Assembly: GCA_965227295.1 (NCBI GenBank) | Contig: OZ245742.1 | Coordinates: forward strand, 3,072,001 to 3,136,000 | Length of the DNA: 64,000 bases | Direction of reading: 5' to 3' | From: Leptonemataceae bacterium | GTDB taxonomy: Bacteria > Spirochaetota > Leptospiria > Leptospirales > Leptonemataceae | In this document: positions 20,304 through 29,640 of the stretch, piece by piece | How positions within the stretch are numbered: position 1 is the first letter of the stretch | Layout of the letters: every line of letters begins with the position of its first letter | The notes under the pieces: model-generated | Seen by the model: the letters and a program-made list of their open reading frames with translations, nothing else | The model's database searches: none | Told to the model about the DNA's origin: nothing | Made by a program: the position numbers and the translations under genes

Positions 20304-20872
20304 TCGCGAATGCGACGCGCGTGGAGTTGCGCCCGGTGAATGTGGAGCGCGATGCGGAGCAGGTCTACGCCTGGTCCCGGCGTCCGCACGTGCGCGAATT
20401 CTGGCAGGACCTGGGCGACAACCGGGTCGACGTAGGCGAGTATCTGCTCGCTAAGATAATCTTAGAGCATCTTAATCCTTACATCATCGTCATCGACGGC
20501 ACGGACGCCGGTTATGCGGAACTCTACGATTACAACCGCGATCCGGTGGCGCAGATCTTTCCCGGCGAGGACGGGGACCGGGGCTGGCACATCTTTCTTG
20601 GCGAAGAACGTTTTCTGGGTACCGGTCACGCCATGCACGCGGGGCACGCGATTCTCGCGACGTTGTTCGAACATGAGAATTGCCGGCGGGTGCTCTGCGA
20701 ACCGGACGAACGCAACGCACGCATGTTGCGTTTCGTGCAGAAGCTCGGCCATCGCCCCATCGGCACGGCCGTCCTGCCGGACAAAATCGCGACGATCCTG
20801 GCGTGCCGCCGGGAGGACTTTGCGGACCTCGGCCCGCTTCCGAACGTTTCGAAATCAGAGAGGACTTTATGA
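20300..20872 (+). CDS. Siderophore N-hydroxy-amine acetyltransferase (RhbD/IucB/AlcB-type GNAT)
   Basis: ATGA overlap; W..RPHVREFW, GYAELY, DRGWHIFLGE, EPDERN. Confidence 0.9.
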   Translation: MIANATRVELRPVNVERDAEQVYAWSRRPHVREFWQDLGDNRVDVGEYLLAKIILEHLNPYIIVIDGTDAGYAELYDYNRDPVAQIFPGEDGDRGWHIFLGEERFLGTGHAMHAGHAILATLFEHENCRRVLCEPDERNARMLRFVQKLGHRPIGTAVLPDKIATILACRREDFADLGPLPNVSKSERTL

Positions 20873-22236
20873 AACTATGTAAGCACGACCTGGCCGGTGT
20901 CGGCATCGGCCCCTTCAATCTCAGCCTGGCGGCGTTGCTCGAGCCCCTGCGAGCGAACGGCGAAAACGTGCGGCCTGTATTTTTTGAAAGCAAACCGCAA
21001 TTCGACTGGCACAGCGGGATGATCCTGCCCGGTACCACGCTGCAGGTTCCGTTCCTGGCAGACCTGGTGAGCATGGCGGATCCGACGAGTCGCTTCTCGT
21101 TTTTGAACTACCTGCACGAAATGCGGCGCCTGTATCGGTTCTATTTTTACGAAAACTTCAAGATCCCGCGCAAAGAGTACAATCAGTACTGTCGTTGGGT
21201 CGCGGAGCAACTGGACAGCCTGCAGTTCGGCGCGCGTGTAATCGACGTGCGGCCGTTGAACGACGGGGGCTTTGAGTTGTACTATCGTCCCGCGGGGGGC
21301 GGTGCAACTCAGTCTGTAACTTCTGCAAATGTTGTGTTAGGCTACGGCACCGTCCCGAACGTACCGGAATGCGCGCGGCCGTTTTTGGGCGACGGCGTGT
21401 ATCACACCGCACAGTTTCGCAACAATCGAGAACGTTTCGCGAACGCCGGACGCATTGCCGTTTTCGGCAGCGGGCAGAGCGCCGGAGAGTGTGTGCTCAG
21501 TTTGCTGCAGGATCAGGCGGAGCGGCGCTACTCCCTGGATTGGTTCACCCGCGGCCCCGGCTTTTTGCCCATGGAGTATTCGAAGCTCGGTCTCGAACAT
21601 TTTTCACCGGAGTACATCGACTACTTTCACGGACTGCCCGCGGCGGCGCGCGATCGCATTCGTGCCGGCCAGAACTTGTACTACAAAGGCATGTCCGATG
21701 ATACCATCGCCGCGATCTACGACACGCTGTACGAACTGCAGCTCGAAGCCGACGCCGTACCGGTGACCCTGGCCGGCAACACGGAGTTGCTCGACATCCA
21801 ACGTGACGGCCGGGGCTTCGCTTTGCATCTGCGACACCGCGAACTGGATCGTCGTTTTGTCCGCAACGTCGACGCGGTCCTTCTGGGTACCGGTTACGCC
21901 TATCGTCTGCCGGAGTTTCTCGACAACCTGTTGCCGATTCTCGAACGCGACGAACAGGGGCGCCTGGCAATCGATCGCGACTATCGCGCGCGACGAAACG
22001 ACGGCCGGCCCGGAGACGTCTTCGTTCAAAACGGGGAGATCCACAGTCACGGCATCGGCGCGCCGGACCTGGGCCTCGGTGCGTATCGCAGCGCGAGCAT
22101 CGTGAATACGCTGCTCGGTCGCGCCGCGTATCGCCTGGATCGGAAGAACGTTTTTCAGACCTTCGGTGTGCCCGATGTCGACGTCGATGTCGTGGCAACG
22201 AGCGACGATCTCGCCGGTGTCCTGGGAGGAGCATGA
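20869..22236 (+). CDS. Flavin-dependent N-hydroxylating monooxygenase (RhbE/IucD type)
   Basis: GVGIGPFNLSLA, FDWHSGM, LQVPFLADLV, GSGQSAGE, LGTGY, PDLGLGAYR; ATGA overlap. Confidence 0.94.
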   Translation: MKLCKHDLAGVGIGPFNLSLAALLEPLRANGENVRPVFFESKPQFDWHSGMILPGTTLQVPFLADLVSMADPTSRFSFLNYLHEMRRLYRFYFYENFKIPRKEYNQYCRWVAEQLDSLQFGARVIDVRPLNDGGFELYYRPAGGGATQSVTSANVVLGYGTVPNVPECARPFLGDGVYHTAQFRNNRERFANAGRIAVFGSGQSAGECVLSLLQDQAERRYSLDWFTRGPGFLPMEYSKLGLEHFSPEYIDYFHGLPAAARDRIRAGQNLYYKGMSDDTIAAIYDTLYELQLEADAVPVTLAGNTELLDIQRDGRGFALHLRHRELDRRFVRNVDAVLLGTGYAYRLPEFLDNLLPILERDEQGRLAIDRDYRARRNDGRPGDVFVQNGEIHSHGIGAPDLGLGAYRSASIVNTLLGRAAYRLDRKNVFQTFGVPDVDVDVVATSDDLAGVLGGA

Positions 22237-24089
22237 TTATGATGATCGATCAAACACAAACACAAAGTTACGAACGGCTCCAGGCAGCCCTCGACGAACG
22301 CACCTGGGCACAGGCCAACCGGCGACTCGTCGCGAAGATCCTCTCGGAGTTTATGTACGAAGAGATCATCGCGCCGGAAGCGAACGAAGACGTGCCGGAC
22401 GGATTTACCCTGCAAATCGTCGAGGGCCTGCGCTATGAGTTCCGGACGCTGCGGCGAGAATTCTTCGGCTTTCATCGCGTGATTCCGGAAAGTGTCGTGC
22501 GCTACGGCGTACCGGCGGAAACGCACGGTGACGCTCCGGACGTAATCACGCTCTTAGAAGATCTTCACCGTATGCTAAGGATGGACCCGGGCATCCTGGC
22601 GCCGGCCCTGCGCGAGATTCTCAATACACTCGTGGCGGACTGTCACATGCTGCAGAATCCGCAGTCGCTCTCCGCGCGACAGTGGCTGGAGACGCCGGAT
22701 GCCTGGCTGGAAGGCGAACTCAGCGCTCATCCCTGGATCGTGGCGAACAAGAGCCGCCTGGGCTTCAGTTACGCGGACTATCGGAACTTCGCGCCGGAAA
22801 GTAAAAAACCTCTGCGTTTGCTGTGGCTCGCGGCGCGGCGAAACGTGGCGGACTTTCGATCCGTGCCGGGCTGGAACTACGAAGAGTTGATCGCGGGCGT
22901 CCTGGACCCCGAAGATCGCGAGCGTTTTGAGCGGGCCCTTAAAGCGCGCGCGGAACGGCCGGAAGATTTCTACATGCTTCCGGTACATCCGTGGCAGTTC
23001 GAGAATCGTATCGCCTGTTTGTTTGCGCGGGAGCTGGCGACGAAAGATTTGATCGTGCTCGGCGAAGGGCGTGACAACTATCTTCCGCAACAATCCATTC
23101 GCACGCTGAGCAATCTAACACACCCGGAGCGGCCGTTTGTAAAACTGCCCATCAGCATTTTGAATACTTCGGTGTATCGCGGTTTGCCGTCGGAACGTAC
23201 GAAGACCGCCCCGGAACTTTCGGCCTGGCTGCAATCCATGGTGGATCGTGACGCCTTCTTAACGGAGGAGTGCCGGATCATTCTGCTCGGCGAGTTTGCG
23301 AGTCTCAACGTCAGTCATCCGTTTTACAGTCGCCTCGATCAGGTGCCGTACCAGTACAACGAGTTGCTGGGCGTGATCTTTCGCGAAAGCCTGGAGACTC
23401 GCCTGGACGACGACGAACGCGCGTTGCCGCTGGCCGCGCTCTTCGAACGCGATCGCTACGGTGACTCGGTGCTGCGCGCGATCATCGACGCCTCGGAACT
23501 TTCGCCGGCGCAGTGGATCGACGCGTTTCTCGAAGCGGTGCTCTTGCCGTTGCTGCATTTTCTGTACAAATACGGCTTTGTATTTTCACCGCACGGTCAG
23601 AACGCGCTCATCGCGCTCCGCAATCACACGCCCACGCGGTTGGTGATCAAAGACTTCGTGGACGACGCGAACCTCAGCGTGGACCCGCTGCCCGAACACG
23701 AGGAACTGCCCGAGCACATCTACGACCTGCTCGACTCCCTGGAACCGTCGGTGCTGATTCAGTGGATCCAGAGCGGACTGTTCGTCTGCGTCTTTCGTTA
23801 CCTTACGGAAATCCTGGAAGACGACGGGCTTCTGACCGAGACGGACTTCTGGGAACGCGTCGTACAAACCATGCGCGCTTACGAACAACGTTTTCCCGAA
23901 CTACAGGATCGTTTCGCGCACTTTAACATGTTCGCGCCGGTCTTTCCGAAGCTCACGCTGAACAGCACGCGTCTGCTGGACATCGGTTACGCCGACAGCG
24001 CCGAACGGCCCACGGCCTCCGTGGCAAGCATGCTGGAGAATCCCCTGTATGCCGTCGAACAAAACATGAAACAGAAGGTAAGCCAATGA
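22233..24089 (+). CDS. IucA/IucC-family NIS siderophore synthetase (RhbF/type C-like)
   Basis: LVAKILSEFMYE, HPWIVANKSRLGF, PVHPWQ, PQQSIRTL, KLPISILNTSVYRG, SPHGQN, KDFVDD. Confidence 0.93.
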   Translation: MIMMIDQTQTQSYERLQAALDERTWAQANRRLVAKILSEFMYEEIIAPEANEDVPDGFTLQIVEGLRYEFRTLRREFFGFHRVIPESVVRYGVPAETHGDAPDVITLLEDLHRMLRMDPGILAPALREILNTLVADCHMLQNPQSLSARQWLETPDAWLEGELSAHPWIVANKSRLGFSYADYRNFAPESKKPLRLLWLAARRNVADFRSVPGWNYEELIAGVLDPEDRERFERALKARAERPEDFYMLPVHPWQFENRIACLFARELATKDLIVLGEGRDNYLPQQSIRTLSNLTHPERPFVKLPISILNTSVYRGLPSERTKTAPELSAWLQSMVDRDAFLTEECRIILLGEFASLNVSHPFYSRLDQVPYQYNELLGVIFRESLETRLDDDERALPLAALFERDRYGDSVLRAIIDASELSPAQWIDAFLEAVLLPLLHFLYKYGFVFSPHGQNALIALRNHTPTRLVIKDFVDDANLSVDPLPEHEELPEHIYDLLDSLEPSVLIQWIQSGLFVCVFRYLTEILEDDGLLTETDFWERVVQTMRAYEQRFPELQDRFAHFNMFAPVFPKLTLNSTRLLDIGYADSAERPTASVASMLENPLYAVEQNMKQKVSQ

Positions 24090-24721
24090 CTGCAACGACG
24101 GAAGTATTTATGCCGCGCACCGAGTGTCTCTTCGAACACTGTGCCTACTCCGAACACTATCCCATGGCGAACAAGACCATCTGGATGCGTCCGGTGGATG
24201 TGCACTTTGATCTGAGCGTCATTCATCGCTGGATGAACCTGCCGCACGTCGAGAAGTTCTGGGAGAAGGCATGGCCGATCGAAAAAATCCGCGAATATCT
24301 CGTGGAATGCAAAGAACGAACCGGCTTCGATCCGCACATTGTGTACATGGACGAGGAACCCTTCGGTTACATCGAGATCTACGATCCGGCTCACGACCGC
24401 ATGAAGGAGTATTATGACGTGGAGCCCCACGATCAGGGCCTGCATATCTTAATCGGCGAAGAGAAGTACTTAAAACGATTTATCATTCGCCTGAGCCTTT
24501 CGGTGATTCGTTTTACGTTTCTGCACCGGCCGGGCACGCGGCGCATCATCGGTGAACCGGACGAACGCAATCGCCAGGTGCTCGGTCTCATGCGTTACGT
24601 CGGCTTTCGCCCCGTACGCAAGCTCGAACTTCCGGAGAAGGTCGCGGAGTTTATGATCCTCCGTCGCGAGGAATACGAACAGGCCCACGGCAAAATCCAG
24701 GCGAGCGCTCATGCAGGCTGA
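24086..24721 (+). CDS. Second siderophore acyltransferase (AlcB/RhbG-like GNAT)
   Basis: HRWMNLPHVEKFW, PFGYIEIY, DQGLHILIGE, GEPDERN; ATGA overlap. Confidence 0.88.
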   Translation: MTATTEVFMPRTECLFEHCAYSEHYPMANKTIWMRPVDVHFDLSVIHRWMNLPHVEKFWEKAWPIEKIREYLVECKERTGFDPHIVYMDEEPFGYIEIYDPAHDRMKEYYDVEPHDQGLHILIGEEKYLKRFIIRLSLSVIRFTFLHRPGTRRIIGEPDERNRQVLGLMRYVGFRPVRKLELPEKVAEFMILRREEYEQAHGKIQASAHAG

Positions 24722-25529
24722 ACCGCTCGTACGCATACGCAATCTGCGCAAGAGCTACGAGGTCGGCCGGCCGGTGTTGCGTGATGTTTCCCTGGATCTC
24801 ACGGCCGGTCGCATTACGGCGTTGCTCGCGCGAAACGGCGCGGGCAAGTCCACGGCCATCGCGCTCCTGGCGGGCAAGCTCAAACCCGACGGCGGCAGCA
24901 TCGCCTGGGGCGGCGCGTCGGCCATTCCCCCGGCGGACGTCGGAGTGGCCCCCCAGGACACGGGTGTGTATCCCGATCTTACCACGGAAGAAAACGTAAG
25001 ATTCATGGGCCGTTGCTACGGACTGGGAGGGCGCGATCTCGCGGGCCGCGTCGCGGAAACCGTGGAACTCTTCGGCCTGGAACGATTGGCCCGGCAGCGC
25101 GCGCGCACGCTTTCCGGAGGACAGAAGCGTCGTTTGCATACGGCCATGGCCGTGGTTCATCGGCCGCGACTGATCCTGCTCGACGAACCCACGGTGGGCT
25201 CCGACCCGGGCGCCCGTAACTATATATTAAATGCGGTTAAGGAACTCGCCCGCCGCGGTTCGGCGATCCTGTATACGAGCCACTACTTTCCGGAAATAGA
25301 GGCCCTGAATGCCGACGTGGCGATCCTGCACCAGGGCATCATCAAAACCTGTGCTCCGCTTCAGGAATTGATTGCGCGGTACGGCGTCGGCGTGCGGCGC
25401 GTCGTTCGGCCCGAGGCGGACCTGGAGTCGGTTTTTCTACGAATGACGGACGAAGCGCAGGATGATGAGCCGACCGCGCGGCATCAGGAGGAACGTTATG
25501 AAACACAGCCTGAATATACTCGCGCATGA
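24711..25529 (+). CDS. ABC exporter ATP-binding subunit
   Basis: Walker A ARNGAGKST, LSGGQ, LLDEPT, TSH. Confidence 0.93.
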   Translation: MQAEPLVRIRNLRKSYEVGRPVLRDVSLDLTAGRITALLARNGAGKSTAIALLAGKLKPDGGSIAWGGASAIPPADVGVAPQDTGVYPDLTTEENVRFMGRCYGLGGRDLAGRVAETVELFGLERLARQRARTLSGGQKRRLHTAMAVVHRPRLILLDEPTVGSDPGARNYILNAVKELARRGSAILYTSHYFPEIEALNADVAILHQGIIKTCAPLQELIARYGVGVRRVVRPEADLESVFLRMTDEAQDDEPTARHQEERYETQPEYTRA

Positions 25530-26265
25530 ACTGCGCATCGCCCGGGGCGACCCGGCGTTGTTCGCGATCCTGTTCGTGATGCCGTTTACGGTGTTGTATC
25601 TCGTGGCGCCGGCCATGCGTCCGGCCATGATCATGCAGGGTTACGCGGACGCGAGCGGGGCCGAGCAGGCCATGCCCGGCATGGCGGTGCTCTTCGGAAA
25701 CTTCGGCATGGCCTTCCTGGCTTTCGCCGTCTTTCGCGAGCACACCTGGAACACCTGGGACCGTTTGATGTACGCGCCGGTGCCCCGCGCGTCGATCTTC
25801 GCCGGCAAGGCCCTGTTGCCCTTCGGCTTAGTAGTGATTCAACAGATCTTAATGCTCGGCGCGGCGCATTTAATTTTCGACGTGCAGCTGAGCGGAAGCT
25901 TCGCCGCGTATTGCCTGATCGCCGGGGCCTTTGCGTTGTTCGTCGTGTCGGCGGGTTTTCTCTGCACGGCGGTGTTCTCCTCGATGCAACAGGTGAACGC
26001 CGTTATCAACATCGGCTCGTTGCTGCTGGCGGGTCTCGGCGGGGCCTTCGCTCCCATCGAACACCTGCCGCCGTGGATGCAGAGCGCGGCCGTGTTTTCT
26101 CCGAACTACTGGGCCATCGCTTCGTTTAAGGCGATCATCCTGGACGGCGCGGGTCTCCGGCAGGTGTTGCCGGCGGCGGGCATTCTCACGGGCATCGCCG
26201 TACTGTGTTTCGCGGGGGCGATCCTGCGCTTCAGGGATGAACATCGTAAAATGTCCTGGGCCTAG
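25498..26265 (+). CDS. ABC-2 type exporter permease
   Basis: AGGAGG RBS before ATG 25498; about 6 TMs; REHTWNTWDRL, GGAFAPIEHLPPWMQ. Confidence 0.9.
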   Translation: MKHSLNILAHELRIARGDPALFAILFVMPFTVLYLVAPAMRPAMIMQGYADASGAEQAMPGMAVLFGNFGMAFLAFAVFREHTWNTWDRLMYAPVPRASIFAGKALLPFGLVVIQQILMLGAAHLIFDVQLSGSFAAYCLIAGAFALFVVSAGFLCTAVFSSMQQVNAVINIGSLLLAGLGGAFAPIEHLPPWMQSAAVFSPNYWAIASFKAIILDGAGLRQVLPAAGILTGIAVLCFAGAILRFRDEHRKMSWA

Positions 26266-26285
26266 CTCAATCTCGGGAGCGATTT

Positions 26286-27071
26286 ATGGATATATTTCTA
26301 ACGAACTTCATGCTTGAGTACCGGCCGCAAATCTTCGCCGGCTTTGGTGTCCTGCTCCTTGTCGAGTTGATCTGGAGTTGGAGGCGCAAGAAACACAACT
26401 ATGATCTGAGAGAGAGCGCGGCCAATGTTTTTATGTACGGCACGTTGCTGAGCAGTAAGATTTTCCTCGGGGCGTATCAGATCTTTCTGCTGTACTTAAC
26501 TTACGACTACAGATTATTTACGATCGAGTCGAACGTCTATACGTTCGTGGCGGTCTTCGTGCTCGCGGAGTTCACGTACTACTGGCAGCACCGGCTCATG
26601 CACGAATCGAAGCCGTTCTGGGCCGTGCATCTCGTGCATCACTCAAGCCCCTGGATGAACCTGACGACGAGTTTGCGCCTGCCGTGGCTGGACCCCGTCG
26701 TGCAGCCGCTCTTTCATTTGTGGATGATCTTCATCGGCTTTCATCCGTTGCTCGTGGGCGCGGCCGTACTTTCGAATCTGTTTTATCAGTACTGGCTGCA
26801 CACCGAGATGGTGCCGAAGCTGGGTTTCCTGGAAGGCTGGCTCAATACACCCTCGGCGCACCGCGTGCATCACGCCTCGAACCACGTCTACATCGACAAA
26901 AACTACGGCGGCGTAACGATGATCTTCGACCGCATCTTCGGAACCTACCAGGCGGAGACGGAACCGCCGGTTTACGGTGTGACCACCGGATTCCAGGGAC
27001 ACAACCCGTTCAAGATTCAGGTAATCGGGATATGGGATTTCGTGCGCGGGAAGTTCGACTACAAAGGATAA
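26286..27071 (+). CDS. Sterol desaturase / fatty-acid hydroxylase superfamily di-iron enzyme
   Basis: His boxes HRLMH, HLVHH, WLH, HRVHH; DKNYGG..IFDRIFGTY. Confidence 0.9.
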   Translation: MDIFLTNFMLEYRPQIFAGFGVLLLVELIWSWRRKKHNYDLRESAANVFMYGTLLSSKIFLGAYQIFLLYLTYDYRLFTIESNVYTFVAVFVLAEFTYYWQHRLMHESKPFWAVHLVHHSSPWMNLTTSLRLPWLDPVVQPLFHLWMIFIGFHPLLVGAAVLSNLFYQYWLHTEMVPKLGFLEGWLNTPSAHRVHHASNHVYIDKNYGGVTMIFDRIFGTYQAETEPPVYGVTTGFQGHNPFKIQVIGIWDFVRGKFDYKG

Positions 27072-27078
27072 ACGCCAC

Positions 27079-28215
27079 ATGAATGATCGTAAGTATTACC
27101 TGGATTGGCTTAAAGTACTGTTCGTACTTGTGCTGGTGACGGCCCACGCGGCGCGGGTGTTCGACCATTTGCCGTTTTATCTGAAGCAGGGCGAGTACCT
27201 CGCGGCGGAGCTGTACATCCGCTTTCTCGACGCCTGGTTCATGCCGCTGTTCTTCGTGATCTCGGGCATGGCGGCGGCCTTTTCCATTCAACGCCGCGGC
27301 TTCGCGGCCTTTCGGGCCGAACGCGCAAAACGTCTCCTGGTGCCGCTGGTTTTCGGTATCGTGACGCTGCTGCCACTGGTCGGCTACGTCGCGTATACGA
27401 ATCAACACGGGAATGAACCGATCGGTTTCTTAGAGTACTATCCGCGTTTCTTTGTACCGGACCCCGCGAGTCTCGAAGGTTACACCGGACATCTGACGCC
27501 GTCGCATCTGTGGTTTCTGCTCTATCTTTTCATCTATGCCGTGGTGAGCGGCCCGATCTTGCGCATGTTCGCGGCGAATCGACTGTCCGGCCTGGCGAAA
27601 CGCAGGCCGCTCCTGTTTGGGTTGCTCTGCATTCTAATTGCAAAGCTTACGCTGCTGCCGTATCCGAATCCCGTCTACTTTCTCGCGTACTTCTGGATTG
27701 GTTGTGCCCTGGGTACGGCGCAGGCGGACTTTGACGTCTTTCGTAGCCTGCGTGAACGCCCGGTACTGATTGTGTCGATTGCCGTGGTGACGATGGCGTT
27801 GCTCCTCGGCGTGCGGGCGTATTATCTGCCGGACAACGGCCCCGGGTGGGTCTACTTCGCCATGCAGCCGGTCTACGTAACGACGGCGTTTCTCTGGGTG
27901 CTGATCATCATGCACTACGGCAGCAAGATCTTCACGCAATCGAGCGCGCTGCTCCGTTACTTAAGCGAGGCTTCGTTGTTCGTGTATGTGGCGCACATGG
28001 CGTTTGTGATCTGGATCGGTTGGTATGTGATCGATCGTTTTGCTCCGCCGGTGGCATTTGTGATGATGACGGTCGGTACGTATGCCGGTTTGTTCATCGT
28101 ATACGAGTTGCTGGTGAAGCGCGTTCCGCTGTTGCGTCTTGCCTTCGGTCTGGGCGAAAGGACATTCCCTGTACTCCAAAATAAAAGAGGTGATTATGTT
28201 TCAAGAACGCTCTAA
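27079..28215 (+). CDS. Acyltransferase family 3 (OpgC/MdoC-like) membrane protein
   Basis: RKYYLDWLK..H, MPLFFVISG, RAKRLLVPL, HLWFLLYL, YLSEASLFVYVAH. Confidence 0.88.
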   Translation: MNDRKYYLDWLKVLFVLVLVTAHAARVFDHLPFYLKQGEYLAAELYIRFLDAWFMPLFFVISGMAAAFSIQRRGFAAFRAERAKRLLVPLVFGIVTLLPLVGYVAYTNQHGNEPIGFLEYYPRFFVPDPASLEGYTGHLTPSHLWFLLYLFIYAVVSGPILRMFAANRLSGLAKRRPLLFGLLCILIAKLTLLPYPNPVYFLAYFWIGCALGTAQADFDVFRSLRERPVLIVSIAVVTMALLLGVRAYYLPDNGPGWVYFAMQPVYVTTAFLWVLIIMHYGSKIFTQSSALLRYLSEASLFVYVAHMAFVIWIGWYVIDRFAPPVAFVMMTVGTYAGLFIVYELLVKRVPLLRLAFGLGERTFPVLQNKRGDYVSRTL

Positions 28216-28241
28216 GCTCCTGACCCGGATCCGTTCAGATT

Positions 28242-28460
28242 CTATTTTCCGCGCAACGCCCGGCCCAGAAACCACAACAACAGCACGACCGACGGTGCCA
28301 GTAAGACGGCCCCCGCGACATCGGCATAACCTTCACCGAGCACCGAAATAAAAATCCCCGTGAGCGCGGCAGTTGAAATCAATACCGGCACACCGTAACT
28401 ATCAAGGAAAGAATCTTTGCGGGCTTTGCTCCGCGCGTCGCTCCGGGCTGGTTTCCTCAT
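28242..28460 (-). CDS. Small 2-TM protein coupled to the PepSY-TM gene
   Basis: ATGA overlap with the upstream gene; two hydrophobic helices joined by LGEGYAD. Confidence 0.65.
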   Translation of the reverse strand: MRKPARSDARSKARKDSFLDSYGVPVLISTAALTGIFISVLGEGYADVAGAVLLAPSVVLLLWFLGRALRGK

Positions 28461-29620
28461 GCCGACTCACCGTTCTTCTTGCGTCGTCGCCGTGCAAAGT
28501 ACATCACGTAACCGGTGACCGCGAGCGCGCCGGTCGTAAGCCCCAGGATGCAGTAGAGCACCTTCACCGGCCAACCGCCGAAGTTGCCGAAGTGAAACGG
28601 CTGGGAGATGGCGATCAACTGGATGTACCACGGCAGCACCAGTTCCCGAATCAGCTCTCCGCTGTGACGATCCAGGAGCAGCGGCCGCGGTACGAAGCGC
28701 TTGAGGCCTGCCGGTTCTTCTCCGAGTGTTACGAAGTAATCGTCACCCTGCAGACCGCCGGGAAAGAGCACGGCCGTCAGGACCACGGGCTCCGCTTGTT
28801 CGGCGAAGTGCGCGCGCGAATGCGCGAGGATCGTGTCGACGTCGGCGAGCGTTTCCCCGGTGCTGATCGTTTGTACGGAGGCCGGTGCGGGTGCGCTCGT
28901 TAACTCAAAGTAAACGTAAATTTGCAGCACGAACGTTCCGAGGGTCAGGCAGGCGCCGGTGAAGGCCATGAGTCCCTGAAAGGCCAGGGTGACAACGCCG
29001 ACGAACTTGTGAATGTCCGCGGCGGCGAGGTTGACGGAGCCCGGTCGAATCATACCGAACGCGAGTTGTTTCATGAACGGGCCGTAGAGAATAAAACCGC
29101 TCACCGTCGAAAACAGAAACACCAGGCTGATCAATCCGAGAAAGAGCAGGCCCGCCCGGCCCGCGAAGAGGTCCACGTGCAAATGAAAGAGGATGTGCAG
29201 GAGATCCAGGCCTTCTTCTTCGGCCGGCCGGGCCTCGCCGGTCCACGGATCCACGTAGACGTCCAGGCGTTCCGGCATGGATTTCTCGCGCTCAGCAGCG
29301 GTCGCAAGGGCGGACTCCGTCGGCACGAAGATGATCCGGTGCTGGGCACGTTCCGCGCCGGCGAGGCCGATGGAACTTGCCCGAAACTCCGGATGGGCCG
29401 CGACGTTGTCGGTGACGATGGGTTGCAGGGCCACGACGGGCAACTGCGCGGGATTTTCCAGGCGCCGTGCGTCGGCCCCGGCGGGATGCATGAGGGCCTC
29501 GAGTTCCTCGTGGAAGACCAGGATCGCGCCGGTAAGGCTCAGGATGATGAGATTCACCCCGCTGATCAGCCCGCTCCAGTAATGCCAGCGAAAGAGTGTA
29601 CGTGTGGTTTCGGCTTTCAC
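28457..29620 (-). CDS. PepSY-associated TM-helix protein (putative ferri-siderophore reductase, FoxB/FpvG-like)
   Basis: WHYWSGL..LSLTGAILVF, YVDPWTGE, LHVDLF, IHKFVG, PFHFGNFGG. GTG 29620 preferred because the Fur-like box lies just upstream. Confidence 0.88.
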   Translation of the reverse strand: MKAETTRTLFRWHYWSGLISGVNLIILSLTGAILVFHEELEALMHPAGADARRLENPAQLPVVALQPIVTDNVAAHPEFRASSIGLAGAERAQHRIIFVPTESALATAAEREKSMPERLDVYVDPWTGEARPAEEEGLDLLHILFHLHVDLFAGRAGLLFLGLISLVFLFSTVSGFILYGPFMKQLAFGMIRPGSVNLAAADIHKFVGVVTLAFQGLMAFTGACLTLGTFVLQIYVYFELTSAPAPASVQTISTGETLADVDTILAHSRAHFAEQAEPVVLTAVLFPGGLQGDDYFVTLGEEPAGLKRFVPRPLLLDRHSGELIRELVLPWYIQLIAISQPFHFGNFGGWPVKVLYCILGLTTGALAVTGYVMYFARRRRKKNGESA

Positions 29621-29625
29621 GATAT

Positions 29626-29640
29626 TGCGACTCAATCTCA
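29626..29640 (-). promoter_or_regulatory. Fur-like 7-1-7 box upstream of the PepSY-TM gene
   Basis: Minus strand reads TGAGATTGAGTCGCA, near-identical to the boxes at 13053 and 13105. Confidence 0.7.
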
